From contig CM022672.1 of NCBI GenBank assembly GCA_012295275.1, forward strand, positions 34,782,001 to 34,846,000: a DNA stretch of 64,000 nt, read 5' to 3'. Positions within the stretch are counted from its first letter, which is position 1, and every line of letters begins with the position of its first letter. Shown here one piece after another: positions 1 to 27,902 of the stretch. The notes under the pieces were generated by a model. It made no database searches. It had not been told where the DNA came from and worked only from the letters and a program-made list of their open reading frames with translations. Source of the DNA: Chrysomallon squamiferum (lineage: Eukaryota > Animalia > Mollusca). The position numbers were made by a program, and so were the translations under genes.

Positions 1-996
1 ACTGCAGGAGGTCAGTCGAAATTCAAAACTTATTCAAACTGTTATATTTAATAATACACTTGGAAAACAGAAAACAAAGAACTTACATCAATGTTTAGAT
101 GACTAGTATCTGTTCACAGTATATAATTCGTATATTTATTACTAATTTGAATTTATTCTGATGTGATTAAAAAGAAGAAATAATTAGTTGAGGATTAGTG
201 AATTCAGATAATGAAATCATATATTATATCCGGCTCAACTTTAGAATGTTGCAGTCAGTCATTTCACGGTGAGGAGTTCACTATCCGTCATTTGGGGTGT
301 TTTATTATTATTATTATTATTATTATCGGACAAAAAAAATATATAAACAAAACAGCTTTAAAAGTCTCTATGTAACTCTAATTTGAACTGGCAGATTTTT
401 TTTTCTTTGGGGCGGGAGCGAAGAGAGAGATAAAAACACAGAAATGCTATATTAAATCTGTCTGGCTATTTTCTATAGTTGTTGTTGTTGTTGTTCTGTA
501 CATGATTTGGAGTGTTGATCAGTCAGTCAGTTGATGGTTGGGAAATCTATATTTTTGACTGATGCATATTACTTTTATTATTTTTATTATATACAGTTCA
601 AAACTTGTGATATGAAATAATTTTGAATAATTCATGTCCAGAATGTAAACAATATTTTGTATCTAAAATTATATTTAATTTTATGTGAATAATGCTATAC
701 TTATATTGTTCTTGTTTTCTTTGTTTTCAACATATTTTTCTTAATATTTATAAGTATATATATATATTTGTAAAATAAAGTACAGTCGTGCAAAATAATT
801 ATTTCCATTATCTAATTTAAAAAGAAATGACTACAGAAATACATTTCTGACCAAAGCCTAATGAATTATTTTGTTTATTCGATTTCATTGGTGACTTGAG
901 CATGTTAGTCAGGTACTAACTGTAACAAACAAACTGGTGTGTATGGTTCTAACTGTGACAAGTGACTGTTTTAAAGAGAGTATAAATATTTTTCAG

Positions 997-2903
997 TATG
1001 TCAGACTGGTGTGTATGGTTCTAACTGTGACAAGTCATGTAATAAACGACACTGTGCTGTTTCCTCTCCCTGTGACACACAGACTGGGTCTTGTACTGGA
1101 GGATGTCAAGCTGGTTGGAGTGGAACTGATTGTACTCAAGGTGTTTATAAAATACTTTTTTCTTGATCAAGCTTTTCTGAATTATTTCTTAATTAGCACA
1201 ATGAAATATATTAATGCAGCACAGTTGTACTAAACAACTACAAATATTAGTTTTCATTGTGGTTTTAGAGAACTGCTCTTTTTTTACGCAATTGATAACG
1301 TTAATAAAAAACATAAAGCAAAAGAAATATCCACAGATAATAAAGGAGAAAACTAGTTACACAATTACTAAATGCACTTTATCTTTTTTTTGTAGTTTCA
1401 GTGTAAATGACGAAACAAATGGATGAACATTTTATGTCTTTTTTCTTATATTTTATTATATTATATGTCTCCTAGATTAATAACTAATAAGATGTTTTTA
1501 ACAGTTTGTGATTTAAGTATTTATTTGTTTGCCATTTTATTTATTTATTTAGTTAGTTAGTTATTGTTTTAGGTTTTTTTTGTTGTGTTTTTCTGTTGTA
1601 TAGTATGATCTGTTTTACGAAACTGTCACAAAATGGTTCGCTGATTCTGGGACCAAATGAAACAAAAATGTAGAGGAAAGAAGATGAAAATTAAAACATG
1701 AAAACATAAAAACTGATTTCATATTAGGCTTAAGTCAAAGCATATTGTCTATAATTTATTTGCATTGTGTTTATGAAATAGAAATTACACGTGTAATGAG
1801 AGAAAAAAGTACTTTTGTACTGTTTTCATGCTATATACATGTTTAAAACTTTAAGATTATGAACAGAAATGAGATAACGTTATTTATTTTATGACAGTTA
1901 TAAGGTACTGGAATACACTGTTGGCAAAAGAAATATATTATTACATTAAGAAGAATATAACATTATATGTTTACAAATCCATTTTAATATGCAGACTGAC
2001 TAATATATTCCAACACAGATAATGAAACATTACTTTTATTTGGTTCTCTTCTTGTTTTGTAATCTTTCAGAATGTGATAAAACATATGGGACAAACTGTA
2101 ATTATAACTGCAATGACAGACACTGCAAAGACGATGACTCATCTTGTGATTCTAAAACTGGGAAATGTGTTGGAGGATGTAAACCTGGATGGTTGAATGC
2201 TACGTGTACTCAGAGTAAGTCAGCGTATAAAGCTATAATAAATATTATTTTGTACTCACACACACAAGAAAAATGAATCATAATTATTAACAAAGACATT
2301 GTTCTGCAGGTGAGTAGCTGAAATGGAAGATTTCGATATGATGTAATTGGAATATATGGTATCTGGTGCAAACAATGGGCTAAAGTTACTCTAAGCCAAA
2401 GATTGGTTTACTGAAGATCACAGTATAAGCTTTACTGAATTTGCAAAGGTTGCAATATAATGATAAGAACAACAAAAACAACAACAACAAAAAATTGATA
2501 ACAATAAATTGAAATGTTCATATGGTGGCAGCTTGTTTTCTCTTTCAGTACGTGTATATTCTTAACCCTACAAATGACGCCACATATATTACAGTATGTT
2601 GAAAAATAATTTCTTTCTTTGCTTTTCTTTTTCTTCTTTCTATTTCTGCCAGTATAGTTATATTTAAAGCTAAGCGACAAGGCAAACACAGTTATAAATA
2701 TTCATTACTATAATTTCATGACATTTTTATATTTTAGAATGTGATGAAGATTTCTATGGAGACGGGTGCAGTTTCTCATGTTTAAAAAGACAATGTTTTG
2801 AAAATCAGAACTGTTCTCACGAGACTGGAGAATGTGTTGATGGATGTTTGCCTGGTTGGGAAGGAATTTCTTGTACCAGTCGTGAGTTTATTCATATTTT
2901 TAT

Positions 2904-2975
<72 letters not shown>

Positions 2976-3773
2976 TCTCTGAAGTGTGTATGCATCTTCT
3001 ACATTTCTTTACTTTTGTTACTCTTTTGCTGATAAAATGCGAAGATTAACTAAACATTTGAATTGTTCTTATTTCATTAAAAGGTGTGATAGCTCCACCT
3101 CTGTACGCCATCATTGGATCTGTCGTTGGATTCATCATTGTTCTTATTTTAGTTGTGGTTTTAGTTGTAATAATGAGGTTTGTTTATTTTATATTTAACA
3201 TACTCAGAAGTTTTTAAAAGCAATTGTTGCATAGATGTTTTCCATAATACATCTTTCCAAATAACTAAACATTTTGAAGAAATAATACATATGTTTTTAT
3301 ATTTTTGCTGCACTGATCTGTAAATTTCGCTATGACAAAAATAAAGGTACATCCGACTTATATTAGATATTTCTTCAAATGTATTGTCATTAATTCTTTA
3401 TTTTTTAATTTGATTTCATAAAACTTTAACAATGGTAAAGCAAAGATGAGTTACAAATGCAAATATATAACTTGTTAGAAGAAACATGTGATTGTATGTG
3501 TGTATGTAGGTATGTCCTACGTTTATATATATGTATCTATGGGTGTATGTACATTTTTTGGAGGTATGTATATTTGGAGGTATGTATGGAGGTACCCGTG
3601 TAGGTATTTAAGTTTCAACTTTTTATTTAATTATCAATATATATATATATATATATGTATGAATGTATATCTGCCGGTAAGAGTACGTTTATGTCATTAG
3701 AATATGTATATGGTATTATTCATTAATTAAATAATATTCATGTGTTTCTTTTTCTTTTTCTTTTTATTATTGT

Positions 3774-3806
<33 letters not shown>

Positions 3807-5347
3807 ACACTGACATTATATTCACATTGACAATAAATTTCATATTTTCTTAACACCAAAGTTAATTATCTTAATTTGCTTTTCCAGACGACGAGGAAAA
3901 TTCAAGAATGAATCTACAGACAATTTTGATTCCAACAGCGCACAGAATCGATTAAAACCAAAAGATAAAAACCGTAAGATTAACTTACTTGTTCAGTGAA
4001 ATGTGAAAAAATGTGAGTTTTCTATAATACTTTTATCAAGCAAAACATGATTAAATTTGTCCCTTACTGTAGTTTCAGACAGTTCGTTGACTATTCACTT
4101 CAATATTTTGGTAAAAATTTGTGTTAATTTCATTTTCTTTATGATTGCAATGTAGAAGATGGCAATGTTTATGTCAATGCTGCTTATGGAAGTCGTCCAG
4201 AACCTGAAGGAGACGAGATTTCAGAGGACGTTAAACCGATAGAGACATCATTAGTCAATGTGAGAGTTGAGTCTACAGCAGAAGAAATTGACGAACAAGA
4301 CGTTGAAGACGAGACGTCAGCTTCGGTGTACTACAACATCAACGACATCACCCTGTCAGAGACTGGTGTGTCTGTCAGTGAACTGTCTCAGGTTATAGAC
4401 AAAATCAGACACCAGCCTGGAGGCTTTGATACGGAATACAAGGTTTGTTTTATATGATGTATTAGTGTACAAAATAAACAAAGTCAATTTATTTACATAA
4501 TTTTATGTTCTTTGATACACAACCGGAATGTTGATTTTAAACTATATTTTATATACTAAGAAATAATATGATATATAAAATATTATCTTGTCAGAGAAAA
4601 CAGAAACTATGTGTAAAATTAATATTTGAACTGGTTGATATAATTTAACAGAATCATTTTTTATTCATCATTACAGAAACTGCCAACCGAATTTACGTCA
4701 TCGTACGATGAATCACAAATTGCTGACAACCGAACAAAGAATAGATACCAAGGATACTACCCATGTATGTTGTATTCTCAGGTTTATACGTCATTTTATT
4801 AGCTGTAGAAGGTCTTCAGGGGACGAATGCAAGGCATCCATTTTTTTCTGTTTCAAAGGGTTATTATAAGCATACAATATATCTACTTCCATTACTGAAT
4901 AACCTGTATGTATAATTTGTTTTGATTGCATTTATTACGTTGCGATTCTGGTTTTATCTTTTTTGTTTCTTATAGTTTTTGCTTTTTGTGTTGTTGTTGT
5001 TTTTTGTTGTCTATTTTTTATTTTGAGAGAGATGATATCTGCAGTGTATATAACATTAAGTGAAATATTTAAAGTAATCGTACAATAATCAGTTTTGTGT
5101 GTACAACAATATTCACAATGTTAATTAGCTGAAAATGTGTTTATTTTAAGATGACAACAACAGAGTGGTTTTATCAGTGATACCGGGTATCTCACAATCT
5201 GATTACATCAACGCCAGTTATATTAATGTGAGTTCTTTACTTATATTATTATGTTTCATTTAATATTCTAGAGTTTTATTTCTTCTTTAATATTTATAAA
5301 ATGCAATGTTGTGTATCTGTCTATATAAAATACGAGAGAGAGAGAGA

Positions 5348-5405
<58 letters not shown>

Positions 5406-5599
5406 TTTAATTTTAAACGTTATTTATATATTTCTTATTTCTTTTAAATTATTTATTTCTCAGTCACATGAAGAAAAGAATTACTTCATTGCAGCTCAAG
5501 GTAAGTGACATTTCGGTCTGCTAATTGAAAACATTACTTAAAATATTTTGAAATAAATATTATAAACACATGAACGTTTTTACTACTATTATTATTATT

Positions 5600-5641
<42 letters not shown>

Positions 5642-7992
5642 ATTATTATTATTATTATTAGCACCAAACAGAAAGACTTTGCCAGATTTCTGGAGAATGA
5701 TCTGGGAGAAGGATTGTGGAAACATCGTAATGCTGACCAAACTTGTTGAAGCTACCAAGGTAAATATTATAATAATAGAATATTACCGATATGTAACTCT
5801 GATTATAATGTTTTGACCACAATACTTCAAATGTAAATTTCTCATTACTAATTTTCTAGCCTTTAAGTGCAATTGAAATAATAGTAAACACAAAACTGCC
5901 TATTTTGATTGACAACTTTAGTTTCTTCTGATATTTTTAATTATAAGCAATTTATAATTTGCAGGATTGTGAAACAGTATTTATAGTGTCATGGCTACCA
6001 TACAGAGTCAAAACAGAAAAAAAACAGAAACGTACTTTTTCATTCCTGTAATGATTATTAACATAACGTATTGTCTGATGATTTCAAAATAATGAAATGC
6101 AGCAGTTATATAAATACGGGGCTATTTTTTATAGATCAACACTATTTATACTTGAAATTATGTTTTTTTAGACTAAATGTGAACCATACTGGTCAGACAC
6201 AAAGACGATTAACATAGGAACCTTCGCAATTTCTGTGACTGCAAAAGAGGAAAGAAGTGATTTCGTGTTTAGAAAGTTCTCCGTCACTCACAAAAAGGTT
6301 CTTATTAAAATTAAATTTTCTTATTAATTATTTCCAGAAGTTTTTGACAGCTTTATATAAGATTACTGCTTTGATTAGCAGTTAACAGTAGTTTTAAATA
6401 TAACTAGCATCAGTGTAGACAATCACTTAATTGTACTTTAAATATGTGAGAAATGTCTATTTATTTATTACTTGTTATTCTTAGAGACACTGAAAGTTGA
6501 CTTTTTAAATATATTATTACAGATATTAATATCTGTGCTTTTTCATTTTTTTAAATTGTTTCAAGTTTCAGACTTTGTATATGTTTGTGTGAAAAAGAGA
6601 CAGAGAGATCAATACATTTATATTTTAATTTACAGTTTTATTCTTTGAAATTGTTCTCTTTAATTTCACCAAAAATATTTTATGTAGGTAATCAGTTTAT
6701 TTTGAAAACGTTATCTAAATTAAATAATATTTAGTTTTTGAATTAAATCTTGAAAACGTTCGATATCTTCATTCCATAAATAATGAAATATATCTGCCAC
6801 ATGAACAAGTTCTCTTAAAAAATGCACGTTTCCGTGTTAATGAAATTTTAAAAGTTACTAATCTTCAAAGATCATTAGAATGTGTTAGAGAGTTATTTCA
6901 AACATTCCGGGAACGTAGCCAGTTATATTCAGACTGGATAAAACAGCAAATATTTTACCACGAAATAATACTTCAGAACATAACATCACAACAATATTTA
7001 TTTTGTAATTCATTCCTAATTTTTGTTATTTCTGCTTTCTAGTCTGGAAATTCAAAAACCTTTCAACAGTTCCACTTTATTTCATGGCCAGATCACGGAG
7101 TCCCAAATGTTCATGACTTCGTACAATTTATGCTGAAAGTGAGAAAAACAAAACCTCTACTGCCTGGACCAGTAGTTGTACACTGCAAGTAATAATTTAT
7201 TTGATACACTTATCAACTAAACAAAAACACATACAAAAATAATGCTTATATACACGACATAAAGATACACTATTTCTAGCAAAGTCATTCTTCATTCATT
7301 TGTTTTAGTTTATATTTTTTCCATGGAATTCAACATCTTTTCTTTTTTTAAATTAATTTAGGTAAACATTAAACATTAATATGGCTCACTGCTTGTTCTA
7401 GATGTCATCATTTTACAGTTCATGGCTATTTTTTTTTTTTCGTTTCCGTAACAGTACAGAGTGACAATCAGTTATTTGAAATGTAAATACATACAGTCTC
7501 ATTTATATACACATATTATTACTTACCTTTTATCTTTTTCCTTCTTTTAATGCTCTCTAAAAACGAATAAATATAAATAGTTTGTACCCCATTGATACTG
7601 ACCTGTATCATTTTAAAATGCTATGTTATCACTAATGGTTCACTTCAGTGCTGGAATTGGCAGAACAGGAACGTACATTGCTCTGGACATTCTGCTGGAC
7701 GAGCTGGAGGCGACGGGACGAGTGGACATCAGGAAAGTGATGATTCGACTGAGAGATCAGCGTAGAGGTCTCGTACAGACCAAGGTCAGATCACTTTACT
7801 TCTTTATTTTATTTTGTTCTTAATTCGTTTGTTATTTCTTTTGCATTTTGTAGTGGTGCTGATGCGATCTGGTACGTTATATTTCATTAAATAAAGAGTT
7901 TTTGGTGGTTTTATAAAGATTGTCAATCAATTTCATATTAAAACAGGAGCAGTATGAGACTGTATTCACTGCCCCCTTTGAACTATCAACGT
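997..7992 (+). CDS. Gene A (partial): EGF-repeat receptor-type protein tyrosine phosphatase; 5' end lies before the window, 3' end runs into the N-gap
   Basis: Frame-consistent AG/GT exons. EGF: 997-1140 (CQTGVYGSNC), 2071-2214 (ECDKTYG), 2738-2881 (ECDEDFYG). TM: 3084-3177 (AIIGSVVGFIIVLILVVVLVVIMR). Juxtamembrane: 3888-3973, 4156-4442 (VYVNAAY, VYYNI). PTP: 4677-4764 (KNRYQGYYP), 5151-5227 (DYINAS), 5464-5500 (YFIAAQ), 5662-5759 (DFWRMIWE, IVMLT), 6172-6297 (KCEPYW), 7043-7188 (WPDHGVP, VVVHC), 7649-7784 (AGIGRTG, LVQT), 7947-gap (EQY). Confidence 0.92.
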
Positions 7993-8192
7993 NNNNNNNN
8001 NNNNNNNNNNNNNNNNNNNNNNNNNNNNNNNNNNNNNNNNNNNNNNNNNNNNNNNNNNNNNNNNNNNNNNNNNNNNNNNNNNNNNNNNNNNNNNNNNNNN
8101 NNNNNNNNNNNNNNNNNNNNNNNNNNNNNNNNNNNNNNNNNNNNNNNNNNNNNNNNNNNNNNNNNNNNNNNNNNNNNNNNNNNNNNNNNNNN
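7993..8192. other. Assembly gap (200 N)
   Basis: Run of exactly 200 N, a fixed-length scaffolding spacer. Confidence 0.99.
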
Positions 8193-8698
8193 GCATTAGC
8201 ATATATCAGTATATAAATGTGTTCAGCCGGTGACTGTTTCACTAATATTACAGAGGTTCGCTTAGAGTCCCTTAGTTGACTGTGTAACAAATGGGTGTAT
8301 AATGGGAGACAACCTCAAATCCATCTCACTGAAATATGTCTAAGTACGTGTCCAGTGTTTGTTTTAATTCTGTGATAATGACAAAGTCGTTATCATTTGA
8401 TAAGAAAAAGAAATTTTAAAGCAAATAACATAAATCTCCAAAATTCAAATATGTGATAGATATTTAATAAAGCACAATAATTATTTGAGAATAAATTCAA
8501 ATTAGAAATAAAATATAAATTATACACTGTGAAGAGATACTAGCCATCTCTCAACTGTTGTAAGTTAAATGATTTTTCTTGTTTTTAAATATAACACTTT
8601 TATATGTTTTGCATTTCTACTGAGTCCTGCAGTTGCAATAAGCAATATAGGAGTATTTGTTATTAATGACAAATATCATTAACATTGTATTGAATTAC

Positions 8699-12789
<4,091 letters not shown>

Positions 12790-13629
12790 AGTGAAAATGT
12801 TTCGTAGACAAACCAACCAGGAAGTAAAACTGCGAGTTCAGACAAGACTCTTGTCATGAGTCACCAGTGAGAAAAGCCAAACACCATCTAATATATCCTG
12901 GTACAAATTACATAGCGAATATGATTTGAACAGAGTAATGTAATTCTGTTAAATTAAACACACTGACATTAAATCTGGATCTAGCAAAACAGGTTTTACT
13001 CGTACAAAAGTTATACACAGAATACTTTTCATATGCATTCTGTCTAGTAATTACAGATACATAATGCGAAATCGTTTAATTTATAAAGACTGATTGCTCT
13101 AGAGCGATTGACGCAAACTATTGAATTGCCGTCACTGTTCATGCGATAAAATAAATAATAATTATAAAAATTGAAGTATTTAATATAATATAAACGTATT
13201 ATTCATACACCAAGGTATAGAACACAAACAGCAGAATGATAAATAATCTTTTACTTCGCCGTAAGTTTTCTTTCAGACATAACAGAGGACTAGGTCGAGT
13301 GTAGTGAAAACAGATCAGTTGACTCTTCTATAACGAGACAAAAGTTTCAAGCTAAGAGTTCAGCACTTAATGTCATTCACAACACGAATCTAGGACAGGC
13401 ATGAATGGATAATATTTGAAACGAGCTGGTGGAGTTTATGCAATGACGTGTAATCTCTTTCTATTACAATGTCACAGTTCATACGTATTTCTTATTACCA
13501 GCATAAGCACTGCATATGTAGATATTTTAGGACTGAATATACAGTGTTATTTACGTCTGAAAAGACTCTGCACACAGATAATATTCGGGAACGCACTGGC
13601 GCAGGAAAACCTCACAAAACACGTCAGAT

Positions 13630-13712
13630 GTCGCTGACGAGACTCGAACGTATGACACCCATCCGCCCACACTCCAAAGGCGGTCAATGTAACCGCTCAG
13701 CCATCAAGTCTA
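13630..13712 (-). mobile_element. tRNA-derived element (SINE head or tRNA pseudogene), copy 1
   Basis: Minus strand reads GATGGCTGAGCGGTT (A box)...GTTCGAGTCTC (B box)...AGCGACA. The cloverleaf is imperfect. Confidence 0.5.
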
Positions 13713-14061
13713 TCTTGTGTGTGTGTGTGTGTATGTTCGTGTATGTGTGTATCTGTGTGTGTGTGTTTGTTTCTGTATGTATGTGTGTGTAAAATGAGTA
13801 TTCGTTTTTATATACTAATAATCACAATATGCAAATGACAAATTAAGCTACTTAAGTCTTTAGCCTTTAGATTTAATGAAACCAAATATGTGTTATGATC
13901 AGGTGAAGTTTATAAAGAATGGTAATATACTACTGTAATATGATATATGCTGTTTCTTTTTTTTTTTTTTTTTTTTTTTAATTGTTTTTTTAAAAATACG
14001 CTGAATAAATTTCTGCGAATTTTCAACATCTCGGATTATGCGGATATGCGAATATGCATAA

Positions 14062-14097
<36 letters not shown>

Positions 14098-15193
14098 ATG
14101 TGTTTGCGCACGACTGTGTCTGTGTTATCTATTTATATAGATATACACAACGCACACATACATATTCGTCCACATCACACCTTTAAGCACAAAAAACAAA
14201 GTTAACTTCTTAGAAAATATATTTAATGAAACAATGGTTCTGATAAATAATTAATATGAAGATTGATTAATTAAATCTAAAACAAAATAAATAAAAACAC
14301 ATAGTGATACTATCTGTAATAGAAATATTACATTACTTCGAATCGTCTGTTACTAAATGTATTTAATGTCGTATACTTGATGTCTGATTACTGTTCGAGC
14401 TAATTTATGGGAAATAATTCTGAAATTGGATTTGTTAAGACTGTGACATCACTAATTATTATTTGCAAAGCAATACAGCTAAAACAGATCACTCTGAACT
14501 GCTTTTATTTATTTCATAATAACATACCACTTACAAACTCATGTTTTTAATATTAATTTAAATCTTGTTGGTTTATTAATCTTTGACATAAATTCATGAG
14601 TTCTTCTAACTGGTCTGTGTCAGCTATGCGGCCGCGATGAACATAAACAAAGTAATAGTTTTAGTTTACTGTGTTTCGTTTGATTAAATCTTTCCTAATT
14701 GGTTAGTGTCAATCTGTACAATGTACTCTTGATCAGACTACTTGAATCATCATTCTGTGTCTCATAGCAATTAGATTAATCTTTATTCTTGTGCGATTGA
14801 AAAGTTTATACTATTGTATACAGCGTTTCATTATTGTATGTGAAATATCTTCTTGTGTCTCATATAAATGAAATTGTATTAATGTAACGTTTAAACTGTT
14901 GTATGCAGTGCAAACTACTCGGTTAAACTTGTTCACAAGTCCACACTCTATCCTATACAAATATTTGGATACGTTTGTTTGCAACTTAAAATATTACAAT
15001 ACTTTTTGTTCTCAGCTCAGCTTCATTTGTTTATAACAAAGATAATGAACAATATCTGAGTATTAAAGAATTGTCATGATGATATTAATATATAAATTAC
15101 TTACTATTCTAACGAGACTGTGTTTCTAAATATTCACAATAACCGATGTCAGACCTTTAATATATATATTAATATATATATATATTTTTTTTA

Positions 15194-26532
<11,339 letters not shown>

Positions 26533-27384
26533 AGTGAAAAAGTTTCACAGAGAAACAAACCTGAAGTAACATTTCGAGCTGACACAAGACTCGTTTTCAT
26601 GACTCACCAGTGAGAAAAGGCAAACCCATTTAATATATCCTGGTACAAAGTTCATTGCAAGCATGATTTGAACAGAGTAATGTAATTCTCTTAAATTATA
26701 CACACTGAGATAAAAATCTGGATCTAGCAAAACAGGTTTCACTCGTACAAACATTAGATCACAATACACAGAATACTTTTCATATGCATTCTGTCTAGTA
26801 TTTACAGAGATACATAATGCGAAATCGTTTAATTTATGAGGATTGTTTGACGTAGACCGATTGACTCAAACTATTGCTATGCCGTCACTGTTGATGCGAC
26901 AAAACAAATAATACTTATAAAATGGAAAGTATTTAATGTAATATAAACGTATTATTAATACACCAAGGTATATGTAACAAACAGCACAATGATAAATAAT
27001 CTTTTACTTCGCCGTAAGTTTTCTTTCAGACATAACAGAGGACTAGGTCGAGTGTAGTGAAAACAGATCAGTTGACTCTTCTATAACGAGACAAAAGTTT
27101 CATGCTAAGAGTTCAGTACTTAATGTGATTCACAACACGAATCTAGGACAGGCATGCATGGATAATATTTGAAACGAACTGGTGTGGTTTATGCATTGAC
27201 GAGTAATCTCTTTCTATTACAATGTCACTATTCATACGTATTTCTTTTTATCAACATAAGCACTGCATATGTAGATATTTTAGGATTTCAATATTCTCTA
27301 TTTTATGTACGTCTGAAAAGACTCTGCAAACAGATAATATTCGGGAACGCACTGGCGCAGGAAAACCTCACAAAACACGTCAGA

Positions 27385-27467
27385 TGTCGCTGATGAGACT
27401 CGAACGTATGACACCCATCCGCCCGCACTCCGAAGGCGAACAACGTAACCGCTCGGCCATCAAGACA
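27385..27467 (-). mobile_element. tRNA-derived element, copy 2 (best preserved)
   Basis: GTCTTGATGGCCGAGCGGTTACG...CGCCTTCGGAGTGCGGGCG...GTTCGAGTCTCATCAGCGACA, with consensus Pol III A and B boxes. Confidence 0.55.
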
Positions 27468-27474
27468 ACCTGGA

Positions 27475-27870
27475 TGTTTGTATGTATGTATGTATGTATG
27501 TATGCATGTATGTATGTATGTATGTATGTATGTATGTATGTATGTATGTATGTATGTATGTATGTATGTATGTATGTATGTATGTATGTATGCATGTGTG
27601 TAGGTGTGTATGTGCATATATGTATGTATGTATGTGTGTAGGTAGGTAGGTAGGTATATATATATGTACGTATGTATGTATGTATGTATGATGGTATGTA
27701 GTATTTACCTATGTACGTATGTATGTATGTATGTATGTGTGCGTGTGTATGTGTGTGTGTGTGAGTACATGTACGTATGTCTATGTGCATGTATCAACGT
27801 CAGGGTTGCCATTTCCAAATCTACAAAACGGACAAACCGTTATGTGCATGTATGTGTGTATGTGTGTCTC

Positions 27871-27897
<27 letters not shown>
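27475..27897. repeat. Compound (TATG)n/(TG)n microsatellite
   Basis: Tetranucleotide and dinucleotide runs next to the tRNA-like element. Confidence 0.93.

Positions 27898-27902
<5 letters not shown>

Noticed and set aside
7877-8290. ORFs spanning the N runs (also 41713-42077)
   Set aside because: They are open only because N codons contain no stops.
27385-27467. Functional tRNA gene
   Set aside because: Acceptor, anticodon and T stems pair poorly, and the three copies differ at structural positions. Kept only as a tRNA-derived element, with no anticodon assigned.
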